A stretch of DNA of 64,000 nucleotides from Acidobacteriota bacterium (GCA_046728115.1 JBKPDW010000049.1:4482-68481), one strand, 5' to 3'. Counted from the stretch's first letter, positions 25,368-34,989 are shown. The notes: generated by a model not told the origin, from the letters alone. Numbers and translations are program-made.

Positions 25368-25480
25368 CGCCAAACTGATACACAAAGGCCGCAACCGTCA
25401 CAACGGGTCCGCATCGCAGTCGGGTATGCTCCCGACGAAACGGCGGTGTCCGTAGCTGTGTCTTCAGGGAGGCGGTTTTC

Positions 25481-28400
25481 ATGTCAATCGACCGACGGCT
25501 CGCGGCGTTTCTCAGCTTCCTTACATCCCTCGTTCTCGCAACCCTCTGCGACGCGCAGACGTTTCGGGGCAGCATCACCGGCCGTGTCGTGGATCAGACC
25601 GGCGCCGTGCTGCCGGGCGTGACGATCACGGTTACCAACGATGCCACAGGCGTGTCGCGTACGACGATGACATCGGCGACCGGCGACTTTTCCGTCCCCG
25701 ATCTGCAGCTGGGGAACTACACGGTCGAGGCGGCCTTGCAGGGTTTTCAGACGCTGCAATCGAAGGTCGAAGTCACGGTCTCGAAGATCGTGTCGCTCGA
25801 CCTGAAGATGGGAATCTCGCAGGTCGCCGAGACCGTCCTGGTGTCTGGCAGTTCGCCGCTGCTCGATACGGTATCGACCGCGCTGAGCAACGTGATCAAA
25901 CCCAAAGAGGTCCAGGATCTGCCGCTGAACGGCCGCGACTTCACGCGCATGCTGCAGCTCGCGCCCGGCGTGGCCGGCAACTCGGTGAACGGCAACCGGA
26001 CACGCGGCAACAATTACCAGATTGACGGCGCGGACAACAACGACGCGTTCCAGAACGTCGCGGCGGTGAACCAGGGCGGCGTAGGCGGGGTTGCCGGAAC
26101 GCTGCTGCCGATCGAAGCGATCGATCAGTTCTCGGTGCAGTCCGGCGGATCGGCCGAGATGGGACGCAACGCGGGATCGAGCATCAACCTCGTGATCAAG
26201 TCGGGGACGAACAACGTCCACGGCAGCGGCTTCTACTTCAACCGGAACGAGCACCTCGCTGCGTTGTCACCGGTTCAGGCGCCGGGCAGCCCGAAACGGG
26301 AGATCCGCAACAATCAGTACGGCGGTTCGCTCGGCGGCCCCATCGTCCGCAACAGGACGTTCTACTTCTCGGCGTTCGAAGCGCAGAACATGCATGCCGG
26401 CAACACGCTCGCGGACACGGCGCCGTCGTCGGCCTGGGTGTCGAGCGCCACGCAGCTGCTGAATCAGTTCTTGGTACCGGTCAATGTGGTCTCGACGAAC
26501 ATGCTCGCGCTGTGGCCGGCCGACAGCCGGACCGGCCCAGCCACCGCACTGAACTTCACGAGCTACGATCCGAACACCTATTCGAGCTACAACGGGATCG
26601 CGAAGGTCGATTACCAGCTGAACTCGATCCACAACGTGTCGGCGCGGTACTTCGGCGGCGGCGGCGACCAGGTCGCGACGACCAACTCGCCCTACCGCGC
26701 GTATTTCCAGGCCGTGCCGAGCCGGATGCACAACGTGTCGGTGGTCGGTACCAGCGTGTTCACCTCGCACATCGTGAACCAGCTGGTGTTCGGGTACAAC
26801 TACTTCCTGCAGAAGTTCAATTCGTTCGACATCTCGGCGGATCCGCTCTCGATGGGCCTGAACACAGGCGTGGCCGGCGACCCGACGCTGGCCGGTCCAC
26901 CGAACCTGACGATCAGCGGCTTCGCCGCCGTGGGCGGCACGCAGCCGCTCGGCCGCGTCGACAAGACGATTCACCTCACGAACAACCTGTCGTACGCGAC
27001 CGGCTCGCATCAGGTCAAAGTCGGCGGCGAATTCCGCGTGTCGAAGCTGTTCATCTTCTACGACAGCAACAAGCGCGGGACTTTCACCTTCGACGGCACC
27101 GCCGGCCCGTGGGCGGGTGCCGCATCGCCCGCCAGTTCGTCGCTGAAGGCGCTTGCCGACTTCATGGCCGGTATTCCTGCCACGGCGATCATCGTCCGCG
27201 GCGACACGCATCACAACTACTTCCAGAACTCGTTCGATCTGTGGGTGCAGGATGCCTGGTCGATTACGTCGAAAGTGACGCTCAACTTCGGCGCGCGGTA
27301 CACCTATCCCGGCGTGCTGGGCGCGAGCGATGCGAAGCTGACGAACTTCCTCCCGGACCGCGGCATGGTGTCGACGGAGTCCCTCTATCCGGCCGACAAG
27401 AAGGACATCTCGCCGCGCGTCGGCATGACCTACGTGCCGTTCGAGAGCCGCAAGACCGTGTTCCGCGGAGCGTACGGCCTCTACTACGACCTGTTCGCGG
27501 TCAACTTCTTCACGGCGAACACGGGCTTCGCCAACGGCGGCGCGCTCGGTGTCGGTAACAATCCGGGCGGCGAGACGCCGGTCTACTCGATCACGCAGCG
27601 CCGCTTCACGATTCAGGACGGCGTGCCGGTGTTCGGCGCGACGCCGCAGCCGCCGTACGGCGCGTTCGGTGTGAGCCAGGACCTCAAGCTGCCTTACGTC
27701 GAGAACTTCAACGTCAACGTCGAGCAGCAGATCGGTCCGGCCACAGCGGTGCAGATCGGCTACGTGGGCACGCGCGGCCATCGCCTGGGGGTGATGCGCG
27801 ACATCAACGCGCCGCTGCCCAGCGCGGCCGGCGTGTCGCAGGCGCGGCGGCCGTTCAACGCCCGCTATCCCGATCTCGCGGCGATCAACGAGCTGGAATC
27901 GATCGGGCGTTCCCGGTACAACTCGCTCCAGATGTCGCTCATTCAGAACAACTGGCGCGGACTCTCCGGGCGGCTGAATTACACGCTCGGGCACGCGCTC
28001 GACAACGCGTCGGAGGCGCGCAACACGCTGCCGATGGACTCGACGAATCTCGACCTCGATTGGGGCAACGCCGCGTTCGACATCCGCCACGTCCTGACCG
28101 GCGGGTTCACCTACACGCTGCCGGCGTTCTCCAAGTCGCGCCTCGGCGATGGCTGGCAGTTCAACGTCATCGCGACGCTGCAGAGCGGCACGCCGTTCAA
28201 CGTGACGACCGGTACCGACACGAGCGGCACGGGCGATCGCGCCGATCGGCCGAACCTGGTCGGCGACCCGTTCAGCGGCATCGTCCAGCCGACGAGCGGC
28301 ACGGCCGTGCGGTACTTCAATCCCGCAGCGTTCCCGGTGCCGGCGGCCGGCACGTACGGCAATCTCGCCCGCAACCAGTTCTACGGGCCGTCGTTCAGGA

Positions 28401-28633
28401 CAGTAGACGTGTCCGTGTTCAAGACGACCAAGCTGGCCGGCGGCACGTCGCTGCAGCTGCGCTGCGAGATCTTCAACGTGTTCAACACCGACAACTGGGG
28501 CAATCCGGGCGCGAGCGTGTCGAGTTCGACGACGTTTGGACTGTTGACGAACACGCGCAACGGCAGCGGCGCGCCAGGCATCGGCGCCGGCGAGCCGCTC
28601 AATGTGCAGTTGGCGGCGAAGATTCTCTTCTGA
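25481..28633 (+). CDS. TonB-dependent outer-membrane receptor with N-terminal carboxypeptidase-regulatory-like domain
   Basis: A signal peptide is present. CarboxypepD_reg-like region: GSITGRVVDQTGAVLPGVTITVTNDATGVSRTTMTSATGDFSVPDLQLGNYTVEA. Plug-like region: LPLNGRDFTRMLQLAPGV. The barrel is long, with a C-terminal aromatic residue (..AAKILF). Confidence 0.9.
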   Translation: MSIDRRLAAFLSFLTSLVLATLCDAQTFRGSITGRVVDQTGAVLPGVTITVTNDATGVSRTTMTSATGDFSVPDLQLGNYTVEAALQGFQTLQSKVEVTVSKIVSLDLKMGISQVAETVLVSGSSPLLDTVSTALSNVIKPKEVQDLPLNGRDFTRMLQLAPGVAGNSVNGNRTRGNNYQIDGADNNDAFQNVAAVNQGGVGGVAGTLLPIEAIDQFSVQSGGSAEMGRNAGSSINLVIKSGTNNVHGSGFYFNRNEHLAALSPVQAPGSPKREIRNNQYGGSLGGPIVRNRTFYFSAFEAQNMHAGNTLADTAPSSAWVSSATQLLNQFLVPVNVVSTNMLALWPADSRTGPATALNFTSYDPNTYSSYNGIAKVDYQLNSIHNVSARYFGGGGDQVATTNSPYRAYFQAVPSRMHNVSVVGTSVFTSHIVNQLVFGYNYFLQKFNSFDISADPLSMGLNTGVAGDPTLAGPPNLTISGFAAVGGTQPLGRVDKTIHLTNNLSYATGSHQVKVGGEFRVSKLFIFYDSNKRGTFTFDGTAGPWAGAASPASSSLKALADFMAGIPATAIIVRGDTHHNYFQNSFDLWVQDAWSITSKVTLNFGARYTYPGVLGASDAKLTNFLPDRGMVSTESLYPADKKDISPRVGMTYVPFESRKTVFRGAYGLYYDLFAVNFFTANTGFANGGALGVGNNPGGETPVYSITQRRFTIQDGVPVFGATPQPPYGAFGVSQDLKLPYVENFNVNVEQQIGPATAVQIGYVGTRGHRLGVMRDINAPLPSAAGVSQARRPFNARYPDLAAINELESIGRSRYNSLQMSLIQNNWRGLSGRLNYTLGHALDNASEARNTLPMDSTNLDLDWGNAAFDIRHVLTGGFTYTLPAFSKSRLGDGWQFNVIATLQSGTPFNVTTGTDTSGTGDRADRPNLVGDPFSGIVQPTSGTAVRYFNPAAFPVPAAGTYGNLARNQFYGPSFRTVDVSVFKTTKLAGGTSLQLRCEIFNVFNTDNWGNPGASVSSSTTFGLLTNTRNGSGAPGIGAGEPLNVQLAAKILF

Positions 28634-28814
28634 TCGGGAGTCGTACCTCTCCACCACTCCGGCCACGGAGGACAGGAGCGGCATGAGGTGTGGCCTCCGC
28701 GTCACGTTTCGCGCTGCGGAGAGCTTCGCAGAGGTGAAGTCGATGAAGCGTGCTTTCGCTGTGTTGGAGTCGTCGGCCGTTGAAGGCAAGGACCGTCAAG
28801 ACCGCAAAGTTCGC

Positions 28815-31553
28815 ATGACGATGCTGTCCGTGCGGCGTGTGGCCTCATTCCGGTCCCTCGTTCTCGTGCTCACGCTGGTGGCGCCGCTCGTGGCGGGCCA
28901 TCTGATCGTGCGCGCCCAGCAGTCCCGCGTCGATCCAGCGCTGTACGGCGGCCTGCGATGGCGCTCGATCGGTCCATTCCGATCGGGACGCGTCAACGGC
29001 GTGACCGGCGTACCCGGCCAGCCGAACATGTTCTACATGGGGTCGGTGGGTGGCGGGGTGTGGAAGACGACCAACGCTGGACGAACGTGGTTTCCAATCT
29101 TCGATTCGCAACCGACCGCGTCGATCGGCGCGATCGCCGTCGCGCCGTCGAACCCTGACATCGTCTATGTCGGCACTGGAGAGGCCGACATGCGTTCACA
29201 GATCTCGTACGGGAACGGCATGTACAAATCGACCGATGCAGGAAAGACCTGGCGCCACATCGGTCTCGAGGCGACGCGTCAAATCGGCAAGGTGGCCATC
29301 GATCCTGGCGATCCCAACGTCGTGTTCGTCGCCGCGCTGGGGCACGTCTACGGCGCCAATCCCGATCGCGGTGTGTATCGCTCGCGCGACGGCGGCGCGA
29401 CGTGGCAGAAGGTCCTGTTCAAGAACAACGACCTCGGTGCCGTCGACCTCGCGTTCGAGCCAGGCAACGCGCAGGTACTCTACGCCTCGTTGTGGAACAC
29501 CCGTCGTCCACCGTGGAGCGTCTATCCGCCCTCGTACGGACCAGGCAGCGGCATTTATAAATCCACGGACGGTGGCACGAACTGGCAGGCGCTGACCAAC
29601 GGCCTGCCGACGGAAGGCGTCGGCCGAATCGGTCTCGCGGTTGCGCCGACAACTCGCACGCGTGTTTACGCGATCGTCGACGCGAAAACGGGCGGCCTGT
29701 ATCGTTCCGACGACGCCGGCGCAACATGGACGAAGGCGTCGTCTGACAATCGCATCTGGGGGCGCGGGTGGTACTTCGGCAAAGTCACCGTCGATCCGAA
29801 AAATGCGGACCTGGTCTACGTGTCGAACACCGGTGTGTATCGCTCGCGGGACGGCGGAAAAACGTTCGGCGAGCCGTTCAAGGGATCGCCGGGTGGCGAC
29901 GATTACCACCAGATGTGGATTTATCCCGACGACGGCAACCGGATGATCCTGGGCGGCGACCAGGGCGCGGTCATCAGCGTGGACGCTCTGGCAGATCATC
30001 CAACGTGGAGCTCGTGGCTGAACCAGCCGATTGCGCAGCTCTATCATGTTGCGCCCGACTACAACTTTCCATACTGGGTCACCGGCGCGCAGCAGGACAG
30101 CGGAGCGGTGCGCGTTCGCACGCGCGGCAAATTCGCGAACATCACGATGCGCGATTGGGAACCGCTCTGTGCGGGCGGCGAGAGCGGATACACCGCGCCC
30201 GATCCGCTCAACCCCTCGATCATGTTCGGCGGCACGGTGACGCGCTGCAATGTCGAAACCGGCGAGTCGAAAAACGTGACGCCGGAGCTGAACCTTCCTG
30301 CGCCGGCGCGACACACCTGGACCAACCCGCTCGTCTTCTCGCTTGCCGATCCGCACGCGCTGTACTTCGGCGATCAGTTCCTGTTCAAGACCACGGACGG
30401 CGGCGAGCATTGGACGCGGATCAGCGACGATCTCACGCGGCCGAATCCCGTCGATCCGCCGAACCTCGACGCCGCAACCGCGGCCGATTTCGATCCGAAC
30501 CGCGGTAAGGGCGGCGTGATCTATACGATCGCGCCTTCGCCGGTGCGGGCGCCGCTCATCTGGATCGGAACCGACGACGGCCTGATCAAGGTCACCCAGG
30601 ACGATGGCAAGACGTGGCAGGACGTGACACCGAAAGAACTGACGCCCTGGAGCAAGGTCGTGATGATGGATGCGTCGCATTTCGATGCGAACGAAGCCTA
30701 CGCCGCCATCGATCGACATCGTCTCACCGACAACGAGCCGTACGTCTATCGCACGAAGGACGGAGGCAAGAACTGGCAGAAGATCACCCGAGGTCTGCCG
30801 GCCGGCGTGTACTTGCAGACCGTGAAAGAGGATCCGATAAGGCGCGGACTGCTGGTCGCCGGAACAGAGCTGGGCGTGTTCGTCTCCTTCAATGACGGCG
30901 ACGACTGGCAATCGCTGCAGCTCAATCTGCCGGCGACCTCGAATCGCGACCTTGCGTTCAAGGACAACGATCTGATCGTCGCGACGCACGGGCGCGGCTT
31001 CTGGGTACTCGACGACATCAGCGCGTTGCGTCAGCTGGGGCCGGAAGTGACGACGAACGACGCGTTTCTGTTCAAGCCGGCCGACGCGTTCATCGTGCCC
31101 ACACCGACCGACGATGGCACGCCCACACAGAAGGACGAAGCGTGGGCAGAGAACCCACCAACCGGCGCGATCATCGATTACTACCTGAAGTCGGCGCCGA
31201 CTGGACCAGTGACGCTCGAGATTCTCGACGGCAGCGACGCCACCGTACGTCGATATTCGAGCGCGGATCCGATTACGCCGATCGATCCCAACACGCTCGT
31301 CGTGAATGCGATCTGGCAGAGGCCTGTCGAGGGCGTGGCGGCTGCAGCCGGGATGCACCGCTTCGTGTGGGACTTCCGGCCGACGCCGCCGGCGACCGGC
31401 GGACGTGGCGGTCGCGGCGGGGGCGGAGGCGGTGGGGGCGGCCGCGGCGGTCTGCCGCCGTCAGCGCCGGGCAGCTACACGGTCAAACTGACGGTAAACG
31501 GAAAGGCGTACACCCAACCGCTGACGATCAAACGAGACCCGCGCGCGAAATAA
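28815..31553 (+). CDS. secreted sortilin/VPS10-type BNR (Asp-box) repeat beta-propeller protein (glycoside-hydrolase-like)
   Basis: Signal-like N-terminus: MTMLSVRRVASFRSLVLVLTLVAPLVAG. Repeated Asp-box motifs: KTTNAGRTW, KSTDAGKTW, RSRDGGATW, KSTDGGTNW, RSDDAGATW, RSRDGGKTF, KTTDGGEHW, QDDGKTW, RTKDGGKNW. The C-terminal region carries GGRGGRGGGGGGGGGRGG. Confidence 0.85.
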   Translation: MTMLSVRRVASFRSLVLVLTLVAPLVAGHLIVRAQQSRVDPALYGGLRWRSIGPFRSGRVNGVTGVPGQPNMFYMGSVGGGVWKTTNAGRTWFPIFDSQPTASIGAIAVAPSNPDIVYVGTGEADMRSQISYGNGMYKSTDAGKTWRHIGLEATRQIGKVAIDPGDPNVVFVAALGHVYGANPDRGVYRSRDGGATWQKVLFKNNDLGAVDLAFEPGNAQVLYASLWNTRRPPWSVYPPSYGPGSGIYKSTDGGTNWQALTNGLPTEGVGRIGLAVAPTTRTRVYAIVDAKTGGLYRSDDAGATWTKASSDNRIWGRGWYFGKVTVDPKNADLVYVSNTGVYRSRDGGKTFGEPFKGSPGGDDYHQMWIYPDDGNRMILGGDQGAVISVDALADHPTWSSWLNQPIAQLYHVAPDYNFPYWVTGAQQDSGAVRVRTRGKFANITMRDWEPLCAGGESGYTAPDPLNPSIMFGGTVTRCNVETGESKNVTPELNLPAPARHTWTNPLVFSLADPHALYFGDQFLFKTTDGGEHWTRISDDLTRPNPVDPPNLDAATAADFDPNRGKGGVIYTIAPSPVRAPLIWIGTDDGLIKVTQDDGKTWQDVTPKELTPWSKVVMMDASHFDANEAYAAIDRHRLTDNEPYVYRTKDGGKNWQKITRGLPAGVYLQTVKEDPIRRGLLVAGTELGVFVSFNDGDDWQSLQLNLPATSNRDLAFKDNDLIVATHGRGFWVLDDISALRQLGPEVTTNDAFLFKPADAFIVPTPTDDGTPTQKDEAWAENPPTGAIIDYYLKSAPTGPVTLEILDGSDATVRRYSSADPITPIDPNTLVVNAIWQRPVEGVAAAAGMHRFVWDFRPTPPATGGRGGRGGGGGGGGGRGGLPPSAPGSYTVKLTVNGKAYTQPLTIKRDPRAK

Positions 31554-31860
31554 GGTCCCGGGCGGCGGCAGCGCGGCCATCAGGTAACTGATCATGCGCT
31601 GCCCGAGAGACATCGTTCAGCGGCGCGGACCAGGCAGCGTCTTGCCGGCCGGGAGGTCTCGTGCGGCGTCGCGGGAAATCGCGGGGAAAACCGCGACCTC
31701 CGGCCTGGACTGACGATGCCCGCGCCGATTCAGCCATTCGCGGCATATCGATCGAACTGGCGACGTACGGGCATTCCAAACACCGGTCACGAGCTCGGGG
31801 CGCGATCGATCGCGTACTTGAACAACACAATCCACTCTCCCGGCCATCAATGAACCATAG

Positions 31861-32139
31861 CGAAGTCGTATCAGCTTCCTCTGGGGCGTAGCGGACCTGA
31901 TCCGCGATACGTTCAAGAGGGGCAAGTATCAAGATCTCATTCTGCCGCTCACGGTCCTGCGGCGGCTGGACTGCGTGCTGGCCGGCACGAAGGAGAAGGT
32001 ACTGAAGCGGCAGGCGGTGCTTCGGAGCAAGGGACTGCAGGATCTCGATGCGCAACTTCGACGGGCGTCTGGTTACGCGTTCTACAACACGTCTCGGTAC
32101 GACTTCGCGAAACTGCTCGGAGACGCTCAACCGGGCTGA
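31861..32139 (+). pseudogene. hsdM: type I restriction-modification methyltransferase (HsdM) N-terminal remnant, no start codon, truncated after about 90 aa
   Basis: An open frame without ATG/GTG/TTG near its 5' end, so it is missing from the ORF track. It reads RSRISFLWGVADLIRDTFKRGKYQDLILPLTVLRRLDCVLAGTKEKVLKRQAVLRSKGLQDLDAQLRRASGYAFYNTSRYDFAKLLGDAQPG*. This matches the conserved HsdM N-terminal pattern (W..AD.LRG..k.seY..vILP..VLRRLDCVL..TK..VL....FYNTS...f..L). No methylase catalytic domain follows. Confidence 0.75.
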
Positions 32140-32178
32140 TCGTTCTGGTTGCGGTAGAGTGAAAGCTGGAGATGCCGC

Positions 32179-32415
32179 ATGACTCACGCTGAACAGATTC
32201 TCGCCGCTGCGGCGGATCTCGTCAGGTCCGGCAAACGGCGGTTCTCACGTCGTGACATTCGTGATGCGCTCGGGATCGGCCAGCCGGAATGGATGTCCGG
32301 CTACACGGCGATCTTTCAGGCGATGCGTGAGGATCATCCCGGGGGTGCGCCTCCCATCGGACGAGAGTTTGGCGGTGTCAGTTGCCCGCGAGTTCATCCG
32401 CACGCGATTCCCTGA
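32179..32415 (+). CDS. small hypothetical protein next to the hsdM remnant (possibly itself C-terminally decayed)
   Basis: 78 aa: MTHAEQILAAAADLVRSGKRRFSRRDIRDALGIGQPEWMSGYTAIFQAMREDHPGGAPPIGREFGGVSCPRVHPHAIP. The composition looks protein-like and it has an ATG start, but I cannot name a family. Confidence 0.4.
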   Translation: MTHAEQILAAAADLVRSGKRRFSRRDIRDALGIGQPEWMSGYTAIFQAMREDHPGGAPPIGREFGGVSCPRVHPHAIP

Positions 32416-32592
32416 CGCGACACGGGGAACATAGCTGTGTCGCTGACGCGCGCCGCACGACGCCTCTACGGCAATGCGGCGCCTGAACACCGCAGCCGTC
32501 GCGCGCCAGCCGGTGCTGAAGACTTCAGACGCTCGCACGGTATAGCATTCGCTGCTCACTCGGCTGAAGCCTTCGCGCTACAGTTTAATTCT

Positions 32593-32967
32593 ATGAACGT
32601 TCAAGGGTCGATCGACTTCACCGTAACCGAACGTACTCCCGACATCGTGGTTTCGGAAATGCCGATCGGTGCAGGCATCAAGAATCCATTCGGCGTCGTC
32701 CACGCGGGCGCGATCCTGTGGCTCGCGGACGTTACGGCGACGGTTCTGGTGATGGGAGAGGGGCCGGTTGCTGAAGGCATGCAAGGCTTCCCGCTGGCAG
32801 TCAACTTGAACGCCAACTTCACGTCGAATCAGCGCGAAGGTGTGCTGACGGCGCGTGCCACGTTCGTGAAGAAAGGGCGTACGCTGAGCGTCGTTCGTAC
32901 GTCCGTCTACGGGACGGACGAACGGCTCGTCGCCGACGTCACCACCAGCCACGTCCTCTCCCGGTGA
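32593..32967 (+). CDS. PaaI/hotdog-fold acyl-CoA thioesterase
   Basis: MNVQGSIDFTVTERTPDIVVSEMPIGAGIKNPFGVVHAGAILWLADVTA...GRTLSVVRTSVYG is a PaaI-family pattern. The upstream 52 codons of the track ORF are not credible. Confidence 0.8.
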   Translation: MNVQGSIDFTVTERTPDIVVSEMPIGAGIKNPFGVVHAGAILWLADVTATVLVMGEGPVAEGMQGFPLAVNLNANFTSNQREGVLTARATFVKKGRTLSVVRTSVYGTDERLVADVTTSHVLSR

Positions 32968-33039
32968 CGTGGCGTGACGCATGCGCCCTCGTGGCGGCAC
33001 GCTGGCGCGCCGCCCTTCTGTTTTACACTGTTATCGGTC

Positions 33040-34401
33040 ATGCTACCGGTTGCCGCGCCTCCAGGCCCGAAGCTCTCGCCGTTTCAACAGCTGATCTACC
33101 GGCCCGGCCGGAATCCGCTGGAATTCTTCACGAATCTCGCGCGGTCGTACGGCGACATCGTCGGCTATCGCATGGGCGGCGAGCAACTGGTCTTCGTCAA
33201 CGCGCCCCAGCACATTCGCGACATCCTCGTCACGAACAATCGGTTCTTCATCAAGGGGCGAGGACTCCAGCGCTCGAAGCGGCTGCTCGGCGAAGGACTG
33301 CTGACGAGCGAGGATCCGCTGCACCTGCGTCAGCGGCGACTGATGCAGCCGGCGTTTCATCGCGATCGGATCGCGGCGTACGGTCAGACGATGGTCGCTT
33401 ACGCCGATCGACTGAGGCAGCGCTGGACGGATGGCGAGACGGTCGACGTCGCGCAGGAGATGATGCGCCTGACGCTGTCCATTGCAGGAAAGACGCTGTT
33501 CGATCTCGACGTCGAAGCGCAAGCGGCCGAGGTCGGCGAGGCGCTGACCGCCGTCATAGAATCGTTCTGGCTGACGATGCTGCCGTTCGCGGACGTGCTG
33601 GAGCGCCTGCCGGTGCCGCAGCTCCGTCGAGCCAGAGCGGCACGCGCCCGCCTGGATCGGATCATCTACGGCATGATCGCCGAACGCCGGGCAAACCACA
33701 AAGATCGGGGCGATCTCCTGTCGATGCTGCTGTTCGCCCAGGAAGAGGATGAGGGAGCGCGGGCGCAGTCGAGCGACGGTGTGATGACCGATCAGCAGGT
33801 GCGCGACGAGGCGATGACGATTTTCCTCGCGGGCCACGAGACGACAGCCAACGCGCTGACGTGGACGTGGTATCTGGTCAGCACGTCGCCGGATGTGCGG
33901 GCGCACCTGTACGACGAAGTCGATCGCGTGCTGCAGGGAAGACTGCCGACGGTCGCAGATATCGCGTCGCTGCCGTTCGTGGAGAAAGTGGTGACCGAAT
34001 CGATGCGCCTGTACCCGCCTGCATGGATTATCGGCCGCCGGGCCCTGAAGGACTATCGGGTTGGCGACTACATAGTGCCGGCGCGATCCATCGTCGTCAT
34101 GAGTCCGTATGTATTGCAGCGCGATGCGCGGTACTTCCGGGATCCGGAGCATTTCGATCCGGACCGCTGGACGCCTGAATTTCGCGCGTCGCTCCCGCCA
34201 TTCGTGTATTTTCCGTTTGGCGGCGGTCCGCGCCGCTGCATCGGCGATTCGTTCGCGTGGATGGAGCTCTCGCTGGTGGTCGGGACGATCGCGCAGCAGT
34301 GGAAGCTCGATCTCGTGCCCGGCCATCCCGTCGCAGCCGCTCCGCTTGTGACGCTGCGCACGAAGCATGGGATGCGGATGACTCTGCACAGACGAAACTA
34401 G
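33040..34401 (+). CDS. cytochrome P450
   Basis: The N-terminus contains PPGPK. The I-helix region is FLAGHETTANAL, the EXXR motif is ESMRLYPP, and the heme loop is FPFGGGPRRCIGDSFAWMEL. Confidence 0.9.
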   Translation: MLPVAAPPGPKLSPFQQLIYRPGRNPLEFFTNLARSYGDIVGYRMGGEQLVFVNAPQHIRDILVTNNRFFIKGRGLQRSKRLLGEGLLTSEDPLHLRQRRLMQPAFHRDRIAAYGQTMVAYADRLRQRWTDGETVDVAQEMMRLTLSIAGKTLFDLDVEAQAAEVGEALTAVIESFWLTMLPFADVLERLPVPQLRRARAARARLDRIIYGMIAERRANHKDRGDLLSMLLFAQEEDEGARAQSSDGVMTDQQVRDEAMTIFLAGHETTANALTWTWYLVSTSPDVRAHLYDEVDRVLQGRLPTVADIASLPFVEKVVTESMRLYPPAWIIGRRALKDYRVGDYIVPARSIVVMSPYVLQRDARYFRDPEHFDPDRWTPEFRASLPPFVYFPFGGGPRRCIGDSFAWMELSLVVGTIAQQWKLDLVPGHPVAAAPLVTLRTKHGMRMTLHRRN

Positions 34402-34492
34402 CCACCGCCGTGCCCTTTCGTCGCCCGTGTCGTACGTGTCCTGCGTAGTGGAGAGTTTGGTAGAGAGTCTGGTAGCTTGGGGGGAGTTGAGT

Positions 34493-34906
34493 GTGGCTCC
34501 ACATGTCCGACGCATACTCGAAACGGTCCTTTACTGCGCCGATCTGACCCAGACCGCAGACTTCTACCGAAAGCTGCTCGACGTGCCGCCGATGCTGACA
34601 GGCGATCGGCTCGTGGCGTTCGATGCCGGGCAGACCACGCTGCTGCTGCTGTTCCAGCGCGGCAATTCGGGCGCGCTCGAGATGGCGGGCGGGCTCGTTC
34701 CGGGACACGACGGATCGGGGCCGGTCCACATTGCGTTTGCCATCGACGCCGCGCAGTTGAATGCGTGGGAATCGCATCTCTCACACCTCGGCATCGACAT
34801 CGAGAGCCGCGTCCGCTGGGATGGCGGCGGCACGAGCCTCTACTTCCGCGATCCCGACGGCCGCTCCGTGGAGCTCGCCACGCCCGGCATGTGGCCCTCG
34901 TATTGA
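34493..34906 (+). CDS. VOC-family (glyoxalase/bleomycin-resistance/dioxygenase fold) protein
   Basis: RRILETVLYCADLTQTADFYRKLLDV...VHIAFAIDAAQLNAWESHLSHLGIDIE...GGTSLYFRDPDGRSVELATP. GTG 34493 is preceded by GGGGGAG. The track start is GTG 34427. Confidence 0.75.
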   Translation: MAPHVRRILETVLYCADLTQTADFYRKLLDVPPMLTGDRLVAFDAGQTTLLLLFQRGNSGALEMAGGLVPGHDGSGPVHIAFAIDAAQLNAWESHLSHLGIDIESRVRWDGGGTSLYFRDPDGRSVELATPGMWPSY

Positions 34907-34911
34907 GAATT

Positions 34912-34989
34912 GGAGATTCGGAGAGCTGGAGATTCTGTGAATTTGTAAGACGCTGAATCACCAACTCACCAACCCACCAATTCACCAAT
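34912..34989. repeat. two blocks of 8-bp tandem units (GGAGATTC-type and TCACCAAY x4) filling the intergenic region up to a start codon
   Basis: GGAGATTC GGAGAGCT GGAGATTC (34912-34935), then TCACCAAC TCACCAAC CCACCAAT TCACCAAT (34958-34989), followed by TT and ATG at 34992. Confidence 0.75.

Noticed and set aside
26267-28789. 840-aa minus-strand ORF opposite the TonB-dependent receptor; likewise 29196..31358 (720 aa) opposite the BNR propeller gene
   Set aside because: The composition is dominated by R, A, D and H, with no signal or domains. The sense-strand proteins show clear family signatures end to end.
31528-32187. 219-aa minus-strand ORF across the gene-poor patch
   Set aside because: Its first half is simply the antisense of the HsdM-like frame. 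I could recognise no family signature, so I judged the plus-strand hsdM remnant the real signal.
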